Of a DNA stretch of 64,000 nt, positions 1 to 12,160 are shown piece after piece (position 1 is the stretch's first letter; each line of letters opens with the position of its first letter). This DNA comes from Marsupella aquatica (Eukaryota > Plantae > Marchantiophyta), in contig OZ316899.1 of NCBI GenBank assembly GCA_973895155.1, positions 12,306,834-12,370,833 on the forward strand, in the 5' to 3' direction. A program made the translations under genes and the position numbers. The notes below the pieces were generated by a model. It saw only the letters and a list, made by a program, of their open reading frames with translations, made no database searches and was not told the origin of the DNA.

Positions 1-727
1 AGGAGCGTGTCCCGGCTTGGTTATCATATGCCGCTTTTGTGCCGGTATGCCTGGAGTCAGATCTTTGCGCCAATACTTCCCCTGCAAGCAAGGGCGCCGG
101 AAGAGGAGTCGGAGCCGAGGCCGGCAGCAAGGAAGCCCAAACCGCTCGGCAGCCCCATGATATCGCAGATCTTTAGGCCAATGCCGGAACCCACGCCGAT
201 GCATCAACCGGCCATGCAGAACCTCTTGCAGATGATCCAAAAGGAGAAGATAGCAACGGTAGCAGAGGCACCGGCCCAGGGCATGGTTGGGGTGGGAAGC
301 ACCGGAAGACCCACCAGAGCAGATCTATTTTCCGAGGCCACAGAGAGAAGGAGGCCAGAAGATAGGCCAGGGGTGCAGACATCCCAGGGGGCCTCAAGAC
401 CGGAACCCAAAGGATAAGGGCCCAGGGTTCCTAGTCATGATGAGGAGAGAAGAAGGCGGGTGTGGGAGTTGGAGGAGAGAATCACACACCTGCACAGTAC
501 CCGGGAGGATGCCGCGTTTGGAGCTAGGCCAAGAGAGGATCCGCAGGCACCAGTACTCCAGGCCGGAAGGGAGGGCATGGAGGAATACAACGAGGATGAC
601 TTTGGCTATGGGTCAGATCATTCGGTACCAGGGGTGCGGACCTGTGGCCATTTCATTCCCACACTTCCAAGAGTGGTGCGTGGGGACCCGCAACAGCAGA
701 GAAGCCCGGAGTCTCCCCCACCAGAGT
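1..727 (+). pseudogene. Fragment of family-A (subfamily A') LTR-borne ORF
   Basis: ORFs 7..417 and 460..768 share motifs with the A ORF elsewhere (SRLGYHMPLLCRYA; GYGSDHSVPGVRTCGHFIPTLPRVVRGDP). Homology stops at about 727. Confidence 0.85.
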
Positions 728-743
728 CCCGCTGCCAAATTAC

Positions 744-1899
744 TGTGGTGTGTCCCATGGCTCCCTAAACCCAAGAACCCGCCTTGAACAAGCCGATTCC
801 CACCGGTTTTGCTCTTGCCAAGGCCGGTTTCACGGCTTATCAGCATGGGACGCTGCTAACTCCTCTTCTACTAACTTTTTAATCACATATACTGGACAGA
901 TCCTTCTTTGGGTCATGAGATATGTACCCGACCTACTCTAGGTCTCTCCTTGGTCTCTTCTATCAGTCTCCCTTCAGGTATGTTTGGATTCTGCCCCCGG
1001 AATAATGCCCAATTGGCTTGGATAGCCGCTAAGATCCCTCTCAACTCAACACATCCAACTCTCCATGCTTCTACACTTCCTCTCTCTTTTGTAGTTGATG
1101 TGGGCAATCTTCACACAAGTTGATGCGACACACAATTAGAAAGATGACTCCTACTGACTAAGTTGTACCATGCCTATTGCCATACAAGGAGTACTTCTCA
1201 TACGCAAGCTCTGCAAACTAAGCCGGAAGGCCAACTCTATTCAGCTCTTAGGCATGAGGAAACATGAACATATACAAGGGTCACTACATAACTAACCAAG
1301 AGGTTCTCTTTACTAATTGATCCCAGCCTTGTTGGTGCACTAAAAACTTGCTTAAGAAGAAAGCCCTCGGGTCCCTGCTGCCCAGGTATTTATCCCGACA
1401 ACGTACCTACCTATTTCCTTGTTGCGTAAGCCAAATCTACCTCTAAGTGGAATCTACCTATGTACAGCAGGGCAAGAGCACAAGTGTTGCTCTTACCAGT
1501 GGATCCACAACATTCTAACAAAGGTCTCCAAGCCCGATCCGACCATGAAGCCTTGATACTTTTTGGTCTGCATGGCTGTGAGCATGCATCATCATCTTGT
1601 GCAAAATGTAGCTGTACTGCCGACGATATTATCGTCGCCCAGCCCTTCCATGTGTCATCTCTGGTAGGGATGGCAGTGACTGGGTCAACTTCTTGTTCCT
1701 CGGCTTCCTCTTGCCTATGCCTCCCTTGCTCGGTCGGCCTCTTGATGTTGCCGACCTTGTCCTTTTAGCCGGTGTGGTTTTTTCGTTGTTGGCCATCCTC
1801 TTCATTGCGGCCGTTCCTGACAATTCTCCCAACAGTGTTGCTTTCGTCCACGCCTCTGTGCAACCCTTCAGGTCCCATTGTTCGTCATTGCAGTTGTTG
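744..1899 (-). mobile_element. Family A' LTR-like unit, 3' terminus with large internal deletion
   Basis: Begins TGTGGTG..CCCATGGCTCCC like the termini at 16311(-), 31140, 42671 and 44058. At about 1510 it jumps from the 3' non-coding part into the ORF N-terminal part (KRTRSA, DDTWKGWA) across CCACAA microhomology. Confidence 0.85.
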
Positions 1900-3170
1900 A
1901 TGACGTACTTGGTATTGCTCATTTAAACGACTGACTATATCATTCAAGAAATGAGTTCCCCTATCACTTACTAATTCTAGGGGTGCTCCATACCTTGTAA
2001 AGATTTGCTCATACATAAAACAAGCCGTGGTGACTGCATTGTCCTTTGTCGTTGGCCTGGCTTCCACCCACTTAGTCGCATAATCCGTAGCTAAGATGAT
2101 GTACTTGTTTCTCCGAGGATGAGTTAAGGGTTTCAGGGGTCCAATGTAATCAATACCCCACTTCTCAAATGGTGCCAGAGGTAGAATGGGGTGTAGTGGA
2201 TGTCTAGTGGCCGCTTGGCCCTCATGCTCTCTGGCAAGGATCACATTGCTTGATGAACTGGTGTACATCCTTGTGTAAGGTTGGCCACCAATAGCCAGCA
2301 TCTAAAATCTTTTTAGACATGGTTACTGGTGCAAAATGTCCCCCGGCTTCTTCTCCATGCATAGCCTATAGGACCCGCTTCACTTTGCCCTGTTCCAAAC
2401 ACCTTTGAATTTTTCCATTGACTCCATGCCTATGTAAGATGCCTTTAATGCACTGATACTGCCTGACCTTTTGTAAAAAAACTGGGGCTTGTTCCCTGCT
2501 TACCCTTGCCTCTAACATTGACGTGCTGAGAAATGGTAATATGTCAGGGTACCAGGTATCCGTTACTTCCACTATGAATAGCTCTTCATCTGGAAATTGA
2601 TCGTCGATTTAGTCAATAGCTGGTTCACCTGCAATTCTTGAAAAGAAGTTGGCATTGGCATGCAGTTTCCCCGGCTTGATTTTTAACTTGTAGTCAAATT
2701 CCTGTAATAGCAGTATCCATCTTGCTACTTTGCCCGTAAGATCTGGTTTATTCACTAGGTACTTTAAACTTTCATGATCGGTATGAAAAATTACCTTATA
2801 ACCTAGTAGATAATGCCTGAACTTTTTGCAAGAGTAAATGACTCCTAAAGCCTCCCTTTTTGTGGTTGATTAGTTTCTCTCGGCATCGGCAAGCCGTCGG
2901 CTTGCATAGTATATGGGATGGTCCCTTCCCTTCTCATCCAGCTGACTTAGTACTGAACCGATACAAAAGCCTGGAACATCTACAAAGACATGAAATTCCT
3001 TGTTCCAGTCTGGTGCTATAATGACTGGGGCCTCAACTAGCATCTATTTCAATTCAATTACTACTGTCACTCTCTTTGGTGTGGGTTCAAAGTCTGCTCC
3101 TGCTTTAAGCATATTTATCAAAGGTAATGCTAGTTTGGCAAAATCTTTGATGAATCTACGATAATAGCCG
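1900..3170 (-). pseudogene. pol: Ty3/gypsy pol fragment (RT thumb, RNase H, integrase N-half), Athila-like non-chromovirus
   Basis: Minus-strand translation gives YYRRFIKDFAKLA, FHVFVD, HPIYYASRRL, TDHESLKYL, RWILLLQEFD, DDQFPDEELF, PFEKWGIDYIGP, TDYATKWVEA and LVSDRGTHF, with several stops. No archaeal-type RNase H seen. Confidence 0.93.
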
Positions 3171-3798
3171 AAAGGGTTTGGCAATCAAAGCGGGCGTACC
3201 ACTCGATGATAATCTCGATGTGGCTTACGAGGTACGCCTTCCCTTTGAGGTACACGGTCTTCCTTTGGCGCTCCATCTCCTCGTGGAACTTCTTGACAAA
3301 GAAGGAGACCCACTTTCTAGGCCGATAGTTCTCAACTTGGATGACTTGGGCGGCAGATATCTCGCCCCATGGCTATATCATGTGGAGGGCGTACCATTGG
3401 AATTCCAGCCGCTCTGCAATCTCTGGGATGAGGCACGTCCTCATCGTGAAGCCGTTGTCTACCAACCCTTGTGCGCAAAGCTTGAGGATCAGTACTTTGC
3501 TCCTTTGCCCCCTGAGGCCCATGACTCCACCCAGTTTTGTCCCTCGGGTAAGCCAAAGATGAGCTTTAGCCGCTCCTCACTCAAAGACATCACCCGTCTG
3601 TGCGTAAGGGTCTGTTGTCGGCCCTCGTTGAAGTTCTAGATGAACTCCATCATGTCTTGCCCGTAGTACCTGCAAGTGTTCCAAGGGAGGGCGGTGAGAT
3701 GTTTGAACCCTTGGGTTTGTAGGTACGTTGCATGCTTTGGATGGAGGATGTTCTTGTGAACGTTCTCTCCCATGCAATGTGTGATGCCGCCAGCACGG

Positions 3799-4618
3799 TG
3801 TCGTGCCAAAAGATTTTGGCTCAGGAATGGCTTTTATAGGGGATGATGGGCGAGGCCTCCTGGTTGGGTTGCGTGCATGCTGACTTGGAGGGGCTGCTTG
3901 GTTGGATGGATTGAGGTTTGGTGATTGGGTGACTCGTTGTCACCAGGCTTGGAGTTTGGATGAGCCTCGCTGATGGCAGCTGGCTCAGGCTGGATGGTTG
4001 GGTTTCCGATGCTACTTAAGACTTGAGCCTCGGCTCATTGAGGTTGGCGGTTGTCTATTGAGATCTGTTGAGTTGCGTTCTGTGAGTTTCGCTCCGTTCT
4101 ACAAAACTCAACTATTGTGCGGCGGTTTTGGAGTTTTGGGCAAGTGTTGGATCCAGGTGTGGAGTTTTCAATCCAGGCAGGGATTTCTAAAGTTTGGAGC
4201 CTCGTCGATCCAGGCGGAAATTTCTCAAGTTTGGAGCCTCGTTGATCCAAGCGGGGATTTCTCGAGTTTGGAGCCTCGTTGGTCCAGGCCCGAGTTTCAT
4301 GTGAGTTGTTTTAGACTAGTGGAGTAGCTAGTCGAGTTTTGGTTTTGTGAGCTGAGGATAGTTTTTCCGTCAAATTTTGAGTAGTTAGTCACTCGAGGAG
4401 TTCTACTTGACAAGTTAGAGGTAACGGCCCGCCGTAGGGCCAGCTACCAGACTCTTGCAGGCAAGCTTACTCAAGGGCACCTATTGTAACCTTTGTGAGA
4501 AAAGTAAAAAATATAAAGGAGTGAGAGTTCGCTCCAAAAAGTGCTTGTCGCCTGTCCCAATTGCAGCCAGAAACGCGCAGTTTGCCCGAGGAGCCCCTAA
4601 CTTTAAGTCCTTGCAGCA
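3799..4618 (+). repeat. 5' LTR (820 bp)
   Basis: Direct repeat of 7887-8670; about 9 substitutions in the first 190 bp by eye; one extra 37-bp unit. Confidence 0.95.
4171..4281 (+). repeat. 37-bp minisatellite in LTR (3 units in 5' LTR, 2 in 3' LTR)
   Basis: ATCCAGGCGGGGATTTCTCGAGTTTGGAGCCTCGTTG units. Confidence 0.9.
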
Positions 4619-4619
4619 T

Positions 4620-4638
4620 TGGCGACCATACTGGGGAT
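4620..4638 (+). promoter_or_regulatory. Primer binding site, probably tRNA-Arg
   Basis: TGGCGACCATACTGGGGAT begins 1 nt after the LTR end; it resembles the complement of plant tRNA-Arg 3' ends (TGGCGAC...CTGGGGA). Confidence 0.75.
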
Positions 4639-4659
4639 TCCTTGGGGCAATTGGATGAG

Positions 4660-7490
4660 ATGGGTGACTATGATGAAGTTGATCGGATCTCGAGCATCGT
4701 CATGTCGATGATGAGAACCATAAGGAAGGAAGAGCTTGAGGCGGAAAGGGCAAACAGGGAAGCCAATAGAACTACTCGGTGTCTCCAAGAGGTTCTGAAG
4801 GAGAATGGGCAGTTCGATGGGAGAAATGTGACAAGCTACCTTAAGTCTTACTTGATAGAAGCAGTTGTCTACAAGTTGGACGAAGGGACGGCGGTGAAAG
4901 AGTTCATGGTGCTGGTTGAGAAGGAGTTGAGTTCGACGGTGCGGACCATCGTTGAGTCAGCTGAGGGCTGGGATGACTTCGACCAGAAGATGAAAGAGGA
5001 GTTCCAAGCAAAGGATGCTAATTGGGTCACGCAGGCTACCTTCTTGGATTGGGTGAATGACAGGAACAAGAAGCTGAAGGGACCGCAAGAGCTCCTAAGG
5101 AAGTTCAAGAGAAGGGTGTCTCAGTTACCAAAGCGGGATGTGGGAATCATCGAGTTGCAGTGCTTGACGCTCTTCTTGAGAGTAGCCGATGAGGACCTTT
5201 GAGAGGAGCTTGAGAACGCGATGGAGATGCTGGAACCTTCGAGAGTTACCTTGTCTAACGACTGGAACCAAGTTGAGAAAGCGATGTCAAAAGTGAGCAA
5301 TCGACACCGGCGGCGAGAGCTAGACAAGGAGGCTACCACTCTTGACCTAAGGCCGTCGGAACCAATATTGAGGAAAGGGAAGCGAGAACCAGCAAAGGAT
5401 GAGATCAAACCATCGATGGATGATCTCACGGAAACAATGCAGAACCTGAAGATCTTGGCGGCACATGCGGTCAAGAATCCAAAATTGAGGGTTGCGAGTG
5501 CTCCCGAGAGGAAGCAAGAGATGTAGAGTTGGCCATGCATGTGGTGCAACAGCAAAGAGCATGACAAACAGGAGTGCCTAGACCTAAGGGAAGCTACGGA
5601 TAAAGGGCTGATCAAGTTCGTCGGTGAAGTTGGTCAGAAAAATATATTGTTTGCCGATACTGAAGAGCCAATTCCATTCAACTCCAACAAGGGAGGCATG
5701 AAGGCTTTGGCTGAGAAGCGAGCTGGGAAGCGAGTTGAAGAGGTGTCCTCTTTGCACCTGGAAGCGAATGTTTACAATGTGGAGTTGGATGGCCCCGTGA
5801 CGGAAATGGAAAAGTTTTACAAGCGCTTGGCGGATCTGGTGCGAGAGAGATCCGGATGGAGTGACCCGGTGCTGATCAATGCAATAACGGTTGAGGTTGG
5901 GGCTAGTTGGGATGCCTCAATCGAGTCAAAAAGGAAGAAAACCGACAAGGATGACACTCCGTCTCAATCAGGGGAACGAGAGAGGCTGGATACTCGAGAC
6001 AAGGAAAGAAGGGTTACATTCAAAGAAGAGGAAATGAGCGAGAAAGAGTCGGAGAAAGGGAAACCGATCAGGAAGGACCCGGGCTGGGTGCTTGGCAGGG
6101 ATGTGGACCAGGCCATGTACCCGGAGGTTGTAGCTGAGAAGTTCTAGAGCCAACAGGCTCAAGGGTTTACCAATGCCGAGTTCTTTGGCAGTATGAGGCG
6201 GGAGATCCAAGAAGCGATCTTGGAGAGATCCAAGAGGAAATGGATTTACAAAGAGGGCCCTCACACCTTGATGGGGGAGGTTGGCAAGATGGAAATTGGG
6301 AGTTTTTGAACTTACACTGCTGGGGCGTCCATGGGTTCAGGTAGTAAGCCTGCTAGCCCCAAAGAGTCAGACTTGGGTAAACCGAAGAGGGTCAAGTCCC
6401 TTGAAGAGGAGCTCATGGACTTGGACGATGAGTTCTTCAATGCGGAAGAGGAGCTCATGGGAACCGAAAGCGAAGCTGAGTCTGTGGCAAACAGGGAATC
6501 GACTGAAGGGAAAGAGCGAGAAGGCATTACCGCGCAGTCGAGGACCATTCATGTTTGGGCTCAATGAAAGGAAACGGTTATGCTTACCGAGATGGATACT
6601 GGGCTCGAGCAAGTCCAAAGAGCGAGTGCCAGTTGGAAGGAATGGAAGGCAAGGTGCGGGCGCTCATTGATACTAGCTCGGAGATCAACTTGATGGATCC
6701 AAAGGTGTTTCAAAAGGGGAATTGGCCGGTGGATAATGAGTTGCTTTGGAGTGTGAACTCGGTGAGTTCAATGAAGGACTATCTTTGGGGTGGATGTCCA
6801 AATGTGATGGTGAAGTTTAGGAATGTCAAGCAGGCTTGTAACACTTTTGTTCATGAGCACTTGTTTCCGGTGATACTAGGCATGCCGTTCATCACTGAAT
6901 GGAGGATGGAGACAAAGGTTCTGGATGATACTACCTTCATGGTGAAGGTACGGGGCAAAGATGATAAGGAGGTGGTTCAGTTTCCGGCAGTTCTACCTGG
7001 AAATGAGAGGAACCGAAAGCAACTGCGAGATCCAACAGCGGCAGAAGTTGGCATTGCTATGGGGGAGAACCAAGATGCTAAGATGGATCTTAGTGCAAAG
7101 TTCAAAGGGGAGCCAATTGCGGACCGAAAGATGGGGAGTCTAGTGTTCAAGGAAGAGTGTTACTCAGGAGAGCTACTGGACATTGGGAAGTATCTGAGTG
7201 ACTTTGGGAAGCGGCTGAAGCAGGATGGTAAAGAGTTCGAAGACATTCGAGTGAATTCTGATAAGTTCATTCTTAGAGAGGGCTACCTTTGGCGGAAACC
7301 TAAGGGCCCCATGCTAGTACTAAGGAGAGTTGTCGATTCTAAGGATGAGCAAAAGCGGATTTTGGAGGAAGTCTATGATGCTGAGGTCAAAGGTGGTTTG
7401 AAAGGAATAAGGGCGAAGGTCTGTGAGCAGATCTGAAAGGAGTATTGGTGGCCAGATTTGTATTGGGATGTTCAGGAGTATGCTGACAAT
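4660..7490 (+). pseudogene. gag: gag-protease pseudogene with integrase Zn-finger remnant
   Basis: Gag-like FDGRNVTSYLKSY; knuckle CMWCNSKEHDKQEC; protease ALIDTSSEINLM ... VILGMPF; then ILEEVYD ... YWWPDLYWDV. Multiple in-frame stops. Confidence 0.85.
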
Positions 7491-7877
7491 CGAGGGATCC
7501 ATCACAACTTGAAGAGGCAGATTCAAGAGCTTGATCGGATTGACTATCGAGTCATTGACATACGGGAGAGAGTGAAGGTTTGCAAGGTGCGAACTAGAGA
7601 TGAAATGGACTCAAGTTCCGACTTGAGCGAGTTTGAAGTCAAGGTGCTGGTCCAGGCGCATCCGTTGGACTTGAGTTTCAAAAGTGGCTTAACTGGTTCT
7701 GATTTGGATGAGTTGGACTTTGAGTTTCTGGAAAGTGGAGTGCCTAAGGCCAAGTCTGAAGGCTTTGGGTTTGAGTTTCTTGAGGAGGAAGTGGTCCAGG
7801 CGCATGGCTTGAGTTTGGACTCAGACTTAGAGGAAATATGATGGATTGGAGCAGACCGGAGGCTGCTCAGGTTTACT

Positions 7878-7886
7878 GGGGGAGGA
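7878..7886 (+). promoter_or_regulatory. Polypurine tract
   Basis: GGGGGAGGA immediately before the 3' LTR TG. Confidence 0.85.
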
Positions 7887-8670
7887 TGTCGTGCCGAAAG
7901 ATTTTGGCTCAGGAATGGCTTTTATAGGGGATGATGGGTGAGGCCTCCTGGTTGAGTTGCGTGCATGCTGACTTGGAGGGGCTGCTTGGTTGGATGGATT
8001 GAGGTTTGGTGATTGGGTGACTCATCGTCACCAGGCGTGGAGTTTGGATGAGCCTCACTAATGGCAGTTGGCTCAGGCTGGATGGTTGGGTTTCCGATGC
8101 TACTTAAGACAATGAGCCTCGGCTCATTGAGGTTGGCGGTTGTCTATTGAGATTTGTTGAGTTGCATTCTGTGGGTTCCGCTCCGTTCTGCGGAACTCGA
8201 CTGTTGTGCGGCGGTTTTGGAGTTATGGGCAAGTGTTGGATCCAGGTGTGGAGTTTTTTATCCAGGCAGGGATTCCTCAAGTTTGGAGCCTTGTCGATCC
8301 AGGCGGGGATTTCTCGAGTTTGGAGCCTCGTTGGTCCAGGCCCGAGTTCCGTGTGAGTTGTTTTAGACTAGTGGAGTAGCTAGTTGAGTTTTGGTTTTGT
8401 GAGCTGAGGATAGTTTTTCTGTCAGATTTTGAGTAGTTAGTCACTCGAGGAGTTATACTCGACAAGTTAGAGGTAATGGCCCACCGTAGGGCCAGCTACC
8501 AGACTCTTGCGGGCAAGCTTAGTCGAGGGCACCTATTGTAACCTTTGTGAGAAAAGTAAAAAATATAAAGGAGTGAGAGTTCACTCCAAAAAGTGCTTGT
8601 CGCCTGTCCCAATCGCAGCTAGAAACGCGCAGTTTGCCCGAGGAGCCCCTAACTTTAAGTCCTCACGACA
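7887..8670 (+). repeat. 3' LTR (784 bp)
   Basis: Direct repeat of 3799-4618 ending CACGACA. Confidence 0.95.
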
Positions 8671-9011
8671 ACGGTGGTTAATGATTGATTTGGCCTAGCC
8701 CGTGCTTAGCACGCGCATTAGGGGCACCGTAGGCTGTAGTTATTAGCATAACGAGACTAAGTAGGTAGTACTTATGACTAGGGAATCATTAGTTAATAAG
8801 GGGCATTTACGTTCAGGATGGCGACGGAGCGCCATTCGTACTCCTGGGTTACGAGCGTGTAAGAGGACCCTTCGGGTCGGTATAACAAATTCTCAGAGGC
8901 GGCTGCTGACACGCTCTAAACCGGACCCACAAGTGGCCAGTACACTATGAGCGTGAAAAGCTTGGCCTATAGGAAGGGAGGAGGGGCCAGTCAAACAATG
9001 AGCTCTCAGAG

Positions 9012-9018
9012 TATAAAA
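9012..9018 (+). promoter_or_regulatory. Candidate TATA box of the family-B ORF
   Basis: TATAAAA about 100 nt upstream of ATG 9118. Conserved in B (39665-39671, minus) and in diverged B' (about 24685, minus). Confidence 0.65.
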
Positions 9019-9134
9019 GGAGGGCCATTCTCTCGCATTCCACCCACACTCCATTCCGCGCGCTAGCTTTGATCTCAGCCACTTTGTCCCTCCTTTGTCG
9101 CCCACCGTCACTCCTGGATGTCTGTCATGATATT

Positions 9135-10925
9135 TGTAATATCACACTAGGGACATAAATAAATATTTAAGATCCAAAACTCGGTATTCGTTCCCATGCA
9201 TGGAAGAACATGTAAGGAATGATTTTCTATGATTTAGCACTTATGAATGAATAAGGTAACAAAAACACAAAGTTGAGCCTTTTACTATGGTTGCTCAGCA
9301 AGGCATAGTTTTAAATGTCTGCTTGACATTGAAAATAAAATTAACAAATGGAAAAAAATTAATAAAACACAATGAAAACCTTGAGGTATGGTGAGGGAGT
9401 TAGGAAACAACCAAGGTGACTCCTCAACATAACTTCATTTGATATGATTTAGGTGGTATATCCGCAAGAACATTTCTGGAAAGGATTACGGTACTAGGAT
9501 GATTACTAAAATGCCATCAACATGTCTCAACTTTTCCTTCCAAGGTACTGAGTGGAGACTAGTAATCAATCACTCTTGTATTCAATCGGTACTTTGTGCC
9601 ACAAATAAGAGACACCATCATAATCAAATTTGAAGCCATAAGTAATTGGTAAGTAACAATCTTTGCATCCCGTGCACAAGCAATGTCACGCCAAAAACTA
9701 TGCATCAAGAACTAAGGAATATGTGAAACATCACCAACAAGGAATCTATTTTCACATACTCAAAAGATTTAACAATCACAATAATTTTACTTCAAGGGTC
9801 CAAATTTCTCATTCATTTAGACTTGAAGGGGGAAGAATTCCTTTGTATTAAGTACTCATATGCAATGGAGTGCTTGCTACAAATGGAGGTAACAAAGTTG
9901 CAATCTTGCAACTGAGCGCTCATGAAATTTCTTCACACAAAAAGTGGCAAAAACTCTACTACATATAGGCTAGCAGAAACTAAAGGGGAAAAGAGATAAT
10001 GAAAGGACATGCCCTATCACATCTTAAGGGTCATAAACTAAAGTTAAAAAGTATGAAAATATGAAAATATGCTACAGGAGTACTCAAGGTTCACTAGAAT
10101 GTTGCTAGAATGAAAAACTAACCAAAAGTTATCCCTAGTGTAAACTGGAGTAAAAGTGTTTTTTTGCACTTTTGTGGTAAAATTAATAAATAGTGAGTTT
10201 ATCATAATTTTAATTTCTAACATAAAAGTCAAAATGGGGTGAAACTTTCATAGGTGGAAGATTTACATACATGCTTCATGTTGGAAAAATTTTAGACTTT
10301 TCTGATGTGTCTAAGTGCCTTAATAAAATCGATAAAAAGTGCTGTTGGATATAAAATATATTATTCCGGAAAATTTTCTAAGTGTCGGAAGCGCCGTTAC
10401 GCCTTTGCGCTTTGGAGCACTAGCGCCGTTGCGCCTTTGCGCACTCACGCTACTGCAAAACTAAAAATGCTATAACTTCTAAACAACATGTCAGTTTTGG
10501 CCGATACTTTCAAGGGAGGGTCTGCTACATAAGAGCTATTTCCTGAAAAATTATGAGACTTTTCTAACTACTTTAACTATTTAACTAAAATTGCAGAGAT
10601 TGACTGATCTTAACTATTGTCGTGGGAGAACTAATCTTCTTGGAGTAGTGCTGTCTGATCTGGTTGCTGAACTCTTGTGTAGGTATTCTCTTGCATAGCT
10701 TCTTGAATTACATCAATGTCTTGAGTGTGATGCCGATGAAAGGTAAAGACTTCCGCTGTCGTTCAATATCCAGAACAGGAAGTAGTCTCCAGTGTAGCAT
10801 GACATTAGGTAAAGTGTTCAGTTGATCTAAATTGCTACAAAAAGTAACTATACTGCACCTTTGAGTTAGAAAAAGTTCAAAATTTATAATTTTTCTATCA
10901 TTTCTAACTAATGTACTGTATTACA
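9135..10925. mobile_element. Solo LTR (family D), 1791 bp, AT-rich, non-coding
   Basis: Perfect TGTAATA...TATTACA termini; TSD ATATT at 9130-9134 and 10926-10930; absent from the homologous B copy (about 39550). Confidence 0.92.
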
Positions 10926-12160
10926 ATATTGTCCAGTTTGGCCCTTCAATTTTGGCTGCAATTCCTATCCGTGGGAAGTCACTTAGCAAAGTCCTTAGCC
11001 AAAGTCAACCCGCGCCGATACGAGACCAAAAGAGCTTACGAGAGAGCCATTCGCTTAGCCGGCCGTAATCACTATAACAGCAATTTCAACCTCCCATTCC
11101 AGAGTGAGCTTTGCCAAGTCGACAAAATCAACAAGTACTTCTTTATCGATGAGAAGTACATCGGTTTTAGGGAAGCGCTCCTTTGGCTTCCGGAGAGGGT
11201 TTACCATCTCCCGGGCATGATAGACTTGCAGCCGCACCACTACGACCATATCCCCGTCTGGGTTCAAGCATCCATAGATTGTCAGTTTGTCCTTGCCCAA
11301 ACAAGTGAGACTCCTATCTTAACGACACTCGACTTCCCCAGGGACTTCTTGAATCTAATGGCGCCTCCTCCAGCTGCAACTGGTGCCAATTTGTCGGTAC
11401 CTACGTCAACACCGCCTTGGCCTCAGCCAAGCCGATCTCCACCACCGGTTGCACCACCTCTCCGAGTGCAATCCGTGGTAAATGCATTAAATATTAGCTA
11501 CAAAGACCAAGAGGCTCACCCTCCCCTGGACCGACGGCCACGGGGTACAAATAAGCGTGCGCCAAGCAACCCGACGCCACTCCAACAAGCCCGAGGGGAT
11601 AACACGGTGACTGTACCAGCCCCGACACTGATACTCATGGCGGTAGCACCACCGCCACCCAACCAGGAGGATGGGGAGATGTCCCCCTCTTCTAGTCACC
11701 CCGGGAATCAGTCGCAGGGTAGGAAGAGAAAGGAACCCGCAGCTATATCCGGGCTGCATTTGGCCACGGTTGTGGTGGCCAACCTGACCCCAAGCATGCA
11801 TGCTACTTGAAGACCCAAGGGTTTGAGCATCTCGCCTCTCTCCCTTGGAATGGAAGTAGGTACTACGGGCAGGATATGACAAAGTTCATTCAGAACTTCA
11901 ACGAGGCCTGCCAACAAACCTGAGCGCATGGGAAAGTGATATGTCTCAATGAGGCACGTCTGAAGATGATGTTTGGCCTACCCAAAGGAATAAACCAGGT
12001 AGAGTTGCGGGCTCCTGGGGGCAAGGGAGCTAAATACCAGTCCTCTAGCTTCCCGACCGAGGGAGCAATGGACAATGGATTCTTGATGAGGATGTGCCTC
12101 ATCCCGGAGGTAGTAGAACGCCTGGAGTTCCAGCGGTATGCCCTCCACATGATGGAACCA

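Larger units (their letters stand above)
3799..8670 (+). mobile_element. Non-autonomous Ty3/gypsy LTR retrotransposon (gag + protease + integrase Zn-finger remnant; no RT/RNase H)
   Basis: Paired LTRs 3799-4618 and 7887-8670 (TGTCGTG...CACGACA), PBS and PPT present. 4-bp TSD ACGG at 3795-3798 and 8671-8674, consistent with the empty site in the B copy near 40010. Confidence 0.95.

Noticed and set aside
10911-10930. ATG 10911 as the start of the 299-aa ORF
   Set aside because: It lies in the end of solo LTR D; the original start is 9118, before the insertion.
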